Assembly: GCA_041660885.1 (NCBI GenBank)
Contig: JBAZVM010000007.1
Coordinates: 17,896-81,895, forward strand
Reading direction: 5' to 3'
Length of the DNA: 64,000 nucleotides
Origin: Patescibacteria group bacterium
GTDB lineage: Bacteria; Patescibacteriota; Patescibacteriia; UBA9570; JAHJKD01
Shown here: in pieces, positions 10,055-17,375 of the stretch
How the letters are laid out: every line of letters starts with the position of its first letter
Numbering within the stretch: position 1 is the first letter of the stretch
Translations under genes and position numbers: made by a program
Notes under the pieces: model-generated
The model's database searches: none
The model's input: only the letters and a program-made list of their open reading frames with translations
What the model was told of the DNA's origin: nothing

Positions 10055-10083
10055 ACCATAACGATATTTTTTATTTTTGTCAA
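10055..10083 (-). promoter_or_regulatory. sigma70-like promoter facing island 1
   Basis: Minus strand TTGACA (10083-10078), 17-nt spacer, TATGGT (10060-10055). Confidence 0.35.
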
Positions 10084-10113
10084 GTCCTATCCCCTAAATA
10101 TGTGAATAACAAT

Positions 10114-10140
10114 AAAAGACGCCATTTTTCGCGTCTTTTT
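10114..10140. terminator. bidirectional terminator-like hairpin after island 2 gene
   Basis: AAAAGACGC-cattttt c-GCGTCTTTT, with an A-run and a T-run on either side. Confidence 0.55.
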
Positions 10141-10232
10141 ATCATATATGAAAATATTTTATTTATGTATGCGACGGAGGGCTCCAGCTGTGCTGTTGTG
10201 AAACCCTCCGTCTGTGCGCCGCGCATGGCTTC

Positions 10233-10436
10233 CTACCTCCCGAAGAGGTAGCTGAGGCTCGACCCGCCCAACGCGAGCCCGAGAACCACGTTGCCGATGC
10301 TCAGCACGATGTGTCCCTCCGCCATGAGGAATCCCCCAGCGAAGACCGATCCGATGCCACCGATCACACCGAGAATCGCTCCCACGATGGCGATCAGGAC
10401 CATCATCAACCCCTTTGTCGACATTTGGAACGTCAA
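10233..10436 (-). CDS. small glycine-zipper membrane protein (GC-rich island 2)
   Basis: 67 aa: MTFQMSTKGLMMVLIAIVGAILGVIGGIGSVFAGGFL...LGLALGG. Two predicted TM helices rich in GxxxG. TTG start with SD GGAGGTG 4 nt upstream; an alternative ATG is at 10424. Confidence 0.55.
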   Translation of the reverse strand: MTFQMSTKGLMMVLIAIVGAILGVIGGIGSVFAGGFLMAEGHIVLSIGNVVLGLALGGSSLSYLFGR

Positions 10437-10495
10437 GAAACACCTCCGGTTGAAACCGGGGGCATCATATCAATAAATTTGATTTTGTCAAGACT

Positions 10496-11923
10496 TTATG
10501 GTGTATTACTTTTATTTCCGAATTCTCTCTTTACCCTTGCCACAGCCTCTTCATAGCACAAAACTCTAGCTAAAGCACTATTGATTTGCTTGCTAGTATT
10601 CTTTAATAGGATGTTTTCTTTTTCGGAAAAGATATCATTATTATTTTTAGGACCAATTAAAATAAACCCATTAATAGCATCAACTTGTGTTAAACCGGCA
10701 ATGGCTGTTATATTTTCTTTTTGCATAAATTTATTCATTCTTCCTAAAATATCAGCGTTTTCTTTGTTTACGGAAATATAAGGAATCTCTTGTTTCAAAA
10801 GTAACGATCTATCTTCTTTAAAATATTCTAGAAATAATTCTTGTGTTTCTTTATCTAAAACCTTTTTACCGGCTGTTGGATAAAAATAGCCCAAATCTGG
10901 TATAGAAAAATCTCTTACTATTATATCTACTTTTTCTATTTTTAATCGTTCTTTAATAAAATCTATACATTGTTCCAAGAGATCCTTTAGATAAGTGGTA
11001 TAGCTAATATTGGTATTGAATTCTTCAATGTGTTTGGATAAATCTATTTCTTCTTTATTAATATATTTATTAGTTATTCGCAAAATAATTTTATTTAGAA
11101 TAGGCAGAAAAATAATTAGAAGAACCACTTCAATAATAACAATATCATTTATATTATAATTCTTTGTGGAAAAATATCGATTTAAAAGCAAGACCAAAGA
11201 AATTATTACTCCAGCTATTCCGCAAAAAGTTATCAGATGAAAAACGCTTTTTTTTAAAACTACCCTTATATCCATAAAACGGTAGCGCGTAATGGCATAA
11301 GCGGTTATTAATATGTAAGCAGAAGCTAAAATATTACCAATGGGCGGAACGGGTATGTTATACCAATATAAATAATTGGTAATTCCCCCGCCGTAACCGA
11401 TAAAGGTTCCGATAATTAAATATTTTATCTGAATCTTTTTGATATCTTTTGCTGTTTTGTATTCTTTAAATAAAAGATAAACCGTATAAGCAAGGCAAGC
11501 CAACCACAGTATTAAAAACGGATGATACATAATCCCCGGTTTGGGCCAAAAGGTGAAACTATATACCGTCTCCACTTTAGCGACAAACAAATTGGTAAAA
11601 TCAAAGCATAAAAAAACCAATCCTAAAGAATAAGAAATTATCAATAAAAGCTTCTTTTTATAATTAAGAAAGACGGTAATAAAATGCAGGTATGCCACGG
11701 GAATAAAAATCGCGCCGGCCATTAAGCATCTGCACCAAAATAAAGCACCGGATTCCGTAGATGCTATTTGCCAGAAAAAATAGCAAATACTCCAGATAAA
11801 AATAAAAAAACAAAACAAAAAATGATAAATTTTAATATTCTTTTTCGCCTTTATTAAAATTAATATGGCCAATATCGAACTGGTTAAAGCGTTTACTAAA
11901 GCTGCTATAGCAAAATATATCAT
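10496..11923 (-). CDS. 7TM receptor domain + GAF-like protein without kinase module
   Basis: 475 aa. The N-terminal multi-TM region aligns by eye with the N-terminus of the 5583..8450 kinase (FWCRCLMAGAIFIPVAYLHF vs FWCRVLYIAATFTASPFVYF). The C-terminus resembles the end of a GAF domain. No HisKA or HATPase. Confidence 0.6.
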   Translation of the reverse strand: MIYFAIAALVNALTSSILAILILIKAKKNIKIYHFLFCFFIFIWSICYFFWQIASTESGALFWCRCLMAGAIFIPVAYLHFITVFLNYKKKLLLIISYSLGLVFLCFDFTNLFVAKVETVYSFTFWPKPGIMYHPFLILWLACLAYTVYLLFKEYKTAKDIKKIQIKYLIIGTFIGYGGGITNYLYWYNIPVPPIGNILASAYILITAYAITRYRFMDIRVVLKKSVFHLITFCGIAGVIISLVLLLNRYFSTKNYNINDIVIIEVVLLIIFLPILNKIILRITNKYINKEEIDLSKHIEEFNTNISYTTYLKDLLEQCIDFIKERLKIEKVDIIVRDFSIPDLGYFYPTAGKKVLDKETQELFLEYFKEDRSLLLKQEIPYISVNKENADILGRMNKFMQKENITAIAGLTQVDAINGFILIGPKNNNDIFSEKENILLKNTSKQINSALARVLCYEEAVARVKREFGNKSNTP

Positions 11924-12234
11924 ATATTTTTTTTAGAATAAAAATCAGCGTAAAATCATAGTGGAAAACACCTTCAACAATAGCCGGTATTCTACCAAGA
12001 CAGCCATTCCCCATTCAACTGCCTTGATGTTTTCGTAACCTCCTTTACCCTGAGCCCATTCTTCTTTGGCTGATTGCCAAAAAGTTGTCGAAGGGTTTTT
12101 TAGGAGCGCTAGATTTTACGCTGTTTTTACTCTTAAACCATTCTCGCAGTTTAAGAGCGGAAGGGCAGAAGAGGCGGGTTTCATGCCCTCTTGGCCTAAC
12201 ACTACCCATTATACCCCATTATGGTCAATAGACT

Positions 12235-12326
12235 TTTAGAGACGGCGCTAAACAAAAAGCCAGCCTTTTTGGGCTAACTTTAGCCAAAAAACTTATGTGG
12301 ATAACTTATTTAGCGACGGCGCTAAA
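12235..12326 (+). promoter_or_regulatory. pair of 7-4-7 palindromes TTTAG(A/C)G-ACGG-CGCTAAA (locus 1)
   Basis: Sites at 12235-12252 (TTTAGAGACGGCGCTAAA) and 12309-12326 (TTTAGCGACGGCGCTAAA, perfect 7-bp arms), 74 bp apart. The second overlaps the last codons of 12306..12665. Confidence 0.6.
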
Positions 12327-12665
12327 CTTATGTAATTTCTCTACTTTATTATCTAAACGCTGTAACCAATCAACCACAAAAACATGATCTTCATCAATTT
12401 TATTTACTCTTATTGCTATTGCATCGACAGCGCTCACTAAGTCATTAAACTCACTTCGATAAACCATATTCTGTTTAATTTCTGAAATTTCTTCAGTATT
12501 TTTTAATACAGTATTAATTAAACGATCGAACTTTTTATCATGATCTCCTAACTTAATATTAATCTGGTCGAACTTTTTATCATGTTCTTCTAGTTTACTG
12601 TTGATCAGATCGAACTTTTTATCATGTTCGTCCAGCTTTAATAATATTTTATCAATTTTTGTCAT
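12306..12665 (-). CDS. coiled-coil protein with three 14-aa tandem repeats (EHDKKFDxINxKLx)
   Basis: I place the start at the internal Met MTKIDKILLKLDEHDKKF (ATG 12665-12663). The track N-terminal extension runs through the ssb terminator hairpin. A 42-nt DNA period is visible at 12526/12568/12610. Confidence 0.5.
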   Translation of the reverse strand: MTKIDKILLKLDEHDKKFDLINSKLEEHDKKFDQINIKLGDHDKKFDRLINTVLKNTEEISEIKQNMVYRSEFNDLVSAVDAIAIRVNKIDEDHVFVVDWLQRLDNKVEKLHKFSAVAK

Positions 12666-12722
12666 AGGTCTATATATTTTATATTTAAAGATTATTGCTG
12701 TCAAAGATAGGAATTTATCCCG

Positions 12723-12754
12723 GAATGTCCCCCGCATTAATGCGGGGGACATTC
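12723..12754. terminator. perfect 16+16 palindrome after ssb
   Basis: GAATGTCCCCCGCATT|AATGCGGGGGACATTC, 7 nt downstream of the ssb stop. No clear U-run. Confidence 0.5.
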
Positions 12755-12760
12755 ATCCGG

Positions 12761-13183
12761 CTAAAACGGATTTTCCGTGGTAGCCGGGCTTTCTTCAATA
12801 ATGGTGGCTTCTTCCGCGACTTTTTGCGCGTCTTCGCGCTTGGTGGCGCCGCCGAGCATAATCATGTTGCTGGCCACGACATCAGTGAAATACTTTTTCT
12901 TGCCATCTTTGCCTTCGTAGCTGTTGTTGTTCAAACGGCCTTCAAAATACACTTTGTCCCCTTTTTTTAAATAAGCGGCCATGTTTTGGCCCAGTTTGTT
13001 CCAGCCAATGACGGTGTGAAAATCCGCTTTGCTTTTCTTTTCTCCGCTTTTTTGGTCTTTCCACTTGTGGTTGGTGGCCAGGGTTACTTTTGTTACGCTT
13101 TGTCCGGAAGTTAAATTCTTGTTTTCCGGTTCTCGGGCAATGTTGCCGATAAGAATTACTTTGTTTAGATCCATAAGATTCAT
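12761..13183 (-). CDS. ssb: single-stranded DNA-binding protein
   Basis: 140 aa. OB-fold N-terminus LNKVILIGNIAREPE...FHTVIGWNKLGQNMAAYLKKGDKVYFEGRL and an acidic tail. Confidence 0.85.
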   Translation of the reverse strand: MNLMDLNKVILIGNIAREPENKNLTSGQSVTKVTLATNHKWKDQKSGEKKSKADFHTVIGWNKLGQNMAAYLKKGDKVYFEGRLNNNSYEGKDGKKKYFTDVVASNMIMLGGATKREDAQKVAEEATIIEESPATTENPF

Positions 13184-13486
13184 TTAATTATTAATATTTA
13201 AATGGGTAATTGTTGGAAGCCCGGGCTAACAAAATTAATGTTTAGCAAAAAGAAAATCATAGGCGAGCTCCCCTTGCTAGAGAAAATCAGCCCGAGCTTT
13301 TTTAAGTTGTCAACAGGTTTTTTGAGACGGCTCCCTACTTGTCGTATCTCAAATTGCCTTGTTTTGATGCGGAGGAAAACTTCTTCCGCAATTTTTTTCA
13401 AAAAAAACAGAGACGTCCCTAAAAAGGGAACGCCTCTATTTTCTGAAATAATCTTAGCAAAAATTAAATGGATGTCAAATATTGAA

Positions 13487-14041
13487 TCATTTATTCCTCC
13501 ACTTAAAATAATCTTGATCCTCTTCCATGATCTTTTTAAGATTATCGCGGATGAAATCAGCTTTGTTTATCTTGCCATGCTGGCTTTTCCAGTTTAAATA
13601 GTTCTCTAAGGACTCTGTCATGCGTAAAGTGTATTTAATATTAGGTACTTCGGCGATCTGCAGAGTGGGCTTGATGCTTTTTACGAATTTATAAAGCGTG
13701 TCTTTTAAATTATTCTTGCAATAACTCTTTATTTGAATACTACGCGGCACATTTTTACGGCGTAAATACATAAGCAAAGGCCTGGGCGGATTGCTCTTTT
13801 CAAAGAAGCATAGGGTTTCCTTCTGAAGCAAAATAGCTTGAGCCAATAAATAATTTATCTGCGCGTCGGCTTTGGTGATTTCCAATAATAAGCCGTCTAC
13901 GCGTTCCAGCGGATTAATATTAATCTGATCCCAAGTATCCATGGGGCCCGCGTCCTGCGGTTTTTGCCATAGCTGCACTCCGCTTTTCACTAAGAGGGTG
14001 GCGGCTTCGGTTTTTTGCGGATCTTGCAGATAAATAATCAT
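13487..14041 (-). CDS. hypothetical protein (C-terminal ribbon-helix-helix-like segment)
   Basis: 184 aa. Its start codon abuts the stop of the upstream gene 14043..14999. No confident family assignment. Confidence 0.4.
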   Translation of the reverse strand: MIIYLQDPQKTEAATLLVKSGVQLWQKPQDAGPMDTWDQININPLERVDGLLLEITKADAQINYLLAQAILLQKETLCFFEKSNPPRPLLMYLRRKNVPRSIQIKSYCKNNLKDTLYKFVKSIKPTLQIAEVPNIKYTLRMTESLENYLNWKSQHGKINKADFIRDNLKKIMEEDQDYFKWRNK

Positions 14042-14042
14042 A

Positions 14043-14999
14043 TTAAAATTCTCCGGCTAAATTCTGCCCCATTAATTTTTTTACCTTCTTAATATCGCTG
14101 GTTTGCCCCAAAACCCAAACAAACTTGGCTACGGCTGTTTCATAATTGATTCCGGAGCAAATAAAAACATTATCCGATTTTATTTCCGTGCCCTGGGAAT
14201 AAACGCATACGGGAATATGCTTCGGTAAATTGTAGCGGCTGGGGTAAAGTTGTTCTTGAAATCCACGAATAAAAATACCGGCGTAATCTTTATTAGCCAA
14301 ATCAGCTTCGCTTTCCGGGTGTACATCCAATATTTTAACGCGGCTGATAAATTTACCGTTGAATTCCGGATCATTCTCATGCCTTTTTTTCACGTAATTA
14401 TTTAGGTGAATGCCAAATTGGATCCTGGCTAAAGAATGCTTTTGAAAAAAAGAAAGATATTTTCCCGGATCATCCCAATTGAATTTAGCTTGCGTAGCGC
14501 GCACCAAATGATTACCAATAACCACGCCCACTTCGGAATTATCCATGGTGGCGATCTGCACGGCGTTGATGAGCCCGGATTTAATAGCTAAAGTTTCGAA
14601 TTCTCCGAAACTAATGGGCTTTTTTTTCTGTTGAAAAAAAATTTGCTCGTTTTCCTCAGGCAAGGCCGGGCCAGTAAATATAATGGGCTTGCCCGTGTTC
14701 TGCGCCATAAAAGCCAGCAAAGAACTGGTGTAAACGATATTATCTATGCTATGCGTTATTACAAAGCCGTCGTATTTTTTATAATTATCTTTGATAATAG
14801 TTGTTAGCCTGCCAGCCAAATCCCAAGGCACATCCGCACCCGCGCCATGCCATACAAAATACGGTTCCACTTGCGCCATCATTTGCAGCTCAAAGGAATT
14901 GGAAATCCACTTTTTTAACATGGCCAAATTAAAATCCGGCCCAAAGGTGGTGCCTCCGGCGTAGAGCAAACAGATTTTTTTCTGGCTTAAAGATTGCAT
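14043..14999 (-). CDS. L-asparaginase/GatD-like domain protein
   Basis: 318 aa. KICLLYAGGTTFG resembles the asparaginase GGT(I/L)xG threonine motif, and ITHSIDNIVYTSSLLAF resembles HGTDTMEETA. Confidence 0.5.
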   Translation of the reverse strand: MQSLSQKKICLLYAGGTTFGPDFNLAMLKKWISNSFELQMMAQVEPYFVWHGAGADVPWDLAGRLTTIIKDNYKKYDGFVITHSIDNIVYTSSLLAFMAQNTGKPIIFTGPALPEENEQIFFQQKKKPISFGEFETLAIKSGLINAVQIATMDNSEVGVVIGNHLVRATQAKFNWDDPGKYLSFFQKHSLARIQFGIHLNNYVKKRHENDPEFNGKFISRVKILDVHPESEADLANKDYAGIFIRGFQEQLYPSRYNLPKHIPVCVYSQGTEIKSDNVFICSGINYETAVAKFVWVLGQTSDIKKVKKLMGQNLAGEF

Positions 15000-15033
15000 A
15001 TTTCTCTTATTTTTTTCAATTCTTCCACAGCTT

Positions 15034-15127
15034 TTTTAAGACGGCGCTATTATTTATAATCTCTATTTTAACCAATATATACAAGCTTTTTCTTAAATAT
15101 TTGTTTATTTTTAGAGACGGCGCTGGT
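15034..15127 (+). promoter_or_regulatory. pair of 7-4-7 palindromes (locus 2), second abuts the -35 of the cassette promoter
   Basis: Sites at 15034-15051 (TTTTAAGACGGCGCTATT) and 15110-15127 (TTTAGAGACGGCGCTGGT). A third half-like copy TTGACGGCTCT lies at 15131-15141. Confidence 0.55.
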
Positions 15128-15130
15128 TGA

Positions 15131-15159
15131 TTGACGGCTCTATAAAATCATCATATCAT
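15131..15159 (+). promoter_or_regulatory. sigma70-like promoter of GC-rich cassette A
   Basis: TTGACG (15131-15136), 17-nt spacer, TATCAT (15154-15159), about 70 nt before the ATG at 15231. Confidence 0.4.
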
Positions 15160-15230
15160 CCCTTTGTCTTTCTAGTCCAGATGTCCTGGGCAAGAAAGCG
15201 TTATCACACGCAACTCAAGGAAACACGCCA

Positions 15231-15917
15231 ATGTTGCGCTCGTTCTTCGACACCATCATCTGCCTCGCGCTCCTCAGCGCCTGCGCCCCGACCGACACCG
15301 ACAACCAGGAGCCTCTCGAGGACACCGACAACAACGAGTACACCTACACCAACGAGCCGGCCATCGAGTCCTACCCGCTCAACCTCTCGGACAACGACTA
15401 CGGCCCCGCCCTCGACGAGGAGGATCTCTACCTCATCGAGCAGGTCTACGGCGACATGTCCAAGGAGGAGTGGGAGATGCTCCTCGACGACCTCGCAGAG
15501 CTGACCGAGGAAGAGCTGCAGGAGTGGCTGGCCATCCTCGCCGAGGATCTCAGCGAAAACTCCACCATGAAAATTGCCTCCTGCTCCGGCTACTACGGCA
15601 GCCGCATCGGCTACGGCTGGTTCCCCTACTCGAGCACCTCCACCTACCGCAACCTCTGGACCACCAACTGCTACTTCCGCGGCGCGCAGTGCGGCAAGGA
15701 CTACATCGCAAGCTTCTGGATGGGCCCGGACTACCGTGGCGACCAGAGCGACCTCGTGGCTTATGCCTCAACCACCTCGGCACGGCTCTATCTGTTCTAC
15801 AGAGGAGGATACTCGGGGGAAATCTATCAGGGCGGATCGTACTACAACTTTTACGCCTGCTGGCCATGGGAAATTGGCGGTCTCATCGACAAGGCCCAGC
15901 TCAAGCAGATCTACTGA
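15231..15917 (+). CDS. lipoprotein, acidic linker + Cys/Tyr/Gly-rich C-terminal domain (GC-rich island 3)
   Basis: 228 aa with lipobox LLSAC. Codons end almost exclusively in C/G. SD-like AAGGAAA lies 8 nt upstream. Overlapping alternate-frame track ORFs are rejected. Confidence 0.7.
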   Translation: MLRSFFDTIICLALLSACAPTDTDNQEPLEDTDNNEYTYTNEPAIESYPLNLSDNDYGPALDEEDLYLIEQVYGDMSKEEWEMLLDDLAELTEEELQEWLAILAEDLSENSTMKIASCSGYYGSRIGYGWFPYSSTSTYRNLWTTNCYFRGAQCGKDYIASFWMGPDYRGDQSDLVAYASTTSARLYLFYRGGYSGEIYQGGSYYNFYACWPWEIGGLIDKAQLKQIY

Positions 15918-15937
15918 TGATTCTGAAGATCAACGAG

Positions 15938-15991
15938 AAACGCAGGGGTAAAGAGAAGTGCTTAAACTTTACTTCTTTGCCTCTGCGTTCC
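15938..15991 (+). terminator. long bulged hairpin with conserved loop, copy A
   Basis: AAACGCAGGGGTAAAGAGAAGTGCTTAAACTTTACTTCTTTGCCTCTGCGTTCC. Near-identical to copy B (21924-21978) and related to copy C (23008-23056). Confidence 0.55.
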
Positions 15992-16012
15992 AATCATTTG
16001 ATAATAGATAGA

Positions 16013-16059
16013 TTGACATTATTTATAATTTTGTTAGCATACCTATGTATTCTAGGTAT
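16013..16059 (+). promoter_or_regulatory. promoter + putative PadR operator (copy 1)
   Basis: TTGACA (16013-18), 16 nt, TAGCAT (16035-40), overlapped by the inverted repeat ATACCTA-n7-TAGGTAT (16039-16059). About 50 nt match the padR upstream region with 4 differences. Confidence 0.55.
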
Positions 16060-16080
16060 TAATAAATAATTAAAATTATT

Positions 16081-17025
16081 ATGCACAAAGAAATTAAAAA
16101 AGATGAACGGAAGGATGGAAGCATAAAAAAAATATTTAAAATTTTATTAAATATTTTTTCCATTGCCCTCATTTTTTATTGTTTATTGGCAACAATTTTA
16201 ATCTGGTTGCTTGATAAACAAATTATCTCTTCAGTAATTAACATTACTAAAACATCCCCTGCTTTTGTCATTATTATGCCAAAAATGCTAATTGAATTGT
16301 TATTTTTAATTATACCGCTAACTATCTTTCAATTATTTGATATTGTTATATGGTTCTGGTTTATAGGCATAATTCTGTTTATTATACTTGGTTTAACCTG
16401 CTTTTCTTTCATTAAAACCATTATAAAGAATAAAAAAGAGAATAAATTAACATTCATCAATTTTCCTTGGATTAAATTAACTTTGGCGGTCTGGTTAATG
16501 AGCATTTTATTTTTTGGGTCAACGGGAACACCATCTCTAAGATGGAGCCAGCCGGTTATAAAAGTCTCTCGAAATATAGAAGTAACTCAATTTGGTCCTA
16601 TATATAATTTTGTTAAATATACTAATCGTGATGACGGCTTTTTCAAATATTCAATCAATATAAATATAGATAATAAATTTAGTGTGCAGCAGATAAAAAA
16701 TTCCAATAAAATTTCTTTATATAATATTATTAATGGATCAAAACTTAAGAAAAATAATAATTCTACGGCAATAGCAGAATATTCGGGAGATGAAACATTG
16801 CCAGCCGACATTAAGTGCTATGCCAATAATAATACTCAAAATAATTATATATACCTAAAAAACAGATGCAATGAATTATGGTATAAAGAAAAACTAATAT
16901 TTAAAACTAAAGAATGGCCTGTTTGGGTAAAACGAGTCGAAATAAATAATGATAATACCAAGCTTTTAATTCATATTTATCCCGGATATGTTACTCCCGA
17001 ATCTGTATTTTTAGTCACACTATAA
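16081..17025 (+). CDS. membrane protein (N-terminal TM bundle + Asn-rich extracytoplasmic domain)
   Basis: 314 aa, very AT-rich, with several predicted TM helices. Confidence 0.55.
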   Translation: MHKEIKKDERKDGSIKKIFKILLNIFSIALIFYCLLATILIWLLDKQIISSVINITKTSPAFVIIMPKMLIELLFLIIPLTIFQLFDIVIWFWFIGIILFIILGLTCFSFIKTIIKNKKENKLTFINFPWIKLTLAVWLMSILFFGSTGTPSLRWSQPVIKVSRNIEVTQFGPIYNFVKYTNRDDGFFKYSININIDNKFSVQQIKNSNKISLYNIINGSKLKKNNNSTAIAEYSGDETLPADIKCYANNNTQNNYIYLKNRCNELWYKEKLIFKTKEWPVWVKRVEINNDNTKLLIHIYPGYVTPESVFLVTL

Positions 17026-17032
17026 TTGTAAT

Positions 17033-17368
17033 ATGAAAATTATCGTTCTTAAATCAATTATTACAATCATTTGTTCTTTTTTTAGCGGGTTAATAATGTT
17101 TATATTACCAAGCCACTTTATACCCATATCTCCGGATAAATGGTACGACGATCCTTTTATATTCATACTATTTGGCATGATACTTGGGGCATTAATAGGA
17201 TGGTGGCTGAGTGATAAAAATATTTTGCGAGCTGCTATTGGAATTTTTTTGTATTTGATTGTCATATTTCTATCTTTTAATACTTTTACCAGTACCTTAG
17301 GATATGTATTATCTTTGCTTGCTTTAATTTCAATCGCGGTTTTTGTAGGTATTGCCCAGAAAAAATAA
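17033..17368 (+). CDS. small membrane protein
   Basis: 111 aa, about 4 TM helices, 7 nt after the previous stop. Confidence 0.5.
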   Translation: MKIIVLKSIITIICSFFSGLIMFILPSHFIPISPDKWYDDPFIFILFGMILGALIGWWLSDKNILRAAIGIFLYLIVIFLSFNTFTSTLGYVLSLLALISIAVFVGIAQKK

Positions 17369-17375
17369 TATTAAT

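Noticed and set aside
11832-12014. 60-aa minus-strand ORF overlapping the start of 10496..11923.
   Set aside because: It overlaps the real gene start and the inverted-repeat-flanked element, and has no supporting signal.
12296-12304. Perfect DnaA-box 9-mers (TGTGGATAA) at 12296-12304 and 28070-28078, plus near matches at about 20712 and 20754. Considered as a possible replication origin.
   Set aside because: Two perfect 9-mers in 64 kb of AT-rich DNA is near chance expectation. They are not clustered, and there is no dnaA/dnaN context or AT-rich unwinding element.
12520-12630. Regularly spaced 42-nt direct repeats, considered as a possible CRISPR-like array.
   Set aside because: There are only three units. 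They lie inside an ORF and encode a 14-aa coiled-coil repeat. There is no spacer diversity and there are no cas genes.
13198-13597. Track ORFs 13202..13597(+) of 131 aa and 13198..13401(-) of 67 aa.
   Set aside because: The plus-strand ORF runs through two terminator hairpins and into the neighbouring minus-strand gene. The minus-strand ORF starts at a TTG inside a poly-A/T tract and has no SD or motif. The region is treated as non-coding, with a possible sRNA.
15938-15991. Idea that hairpins A and B are integron attC sites, based on imperfect palindromes with bulged bases and AAC...GTT triplets at the stem base after promoter-distal ORFs.
   Set aside because: The R''/R' boxes do not fit RYYYAAC/GTTRRRY. 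The AAC/GTT triplets sit inside a continuous stem rather than flanking unpaired spacers. Each cassette has its own promoter. No IntI-like integrase or attI is in the window. The cassette-like idea is retained only in the general sense.
15127-16069. Alternate-frame ORFs 15127..15504, 15470..16069, 15550..15867(-) and 15574..15951 across island 3.
   Set aside because: The Ser/Thr/Pro/Arg low-complexity translations are typical of off-frame reading of a gene with C/G-ending codons. Only 15231..15917 has a lipobox, an SD-like site and sensible composition.
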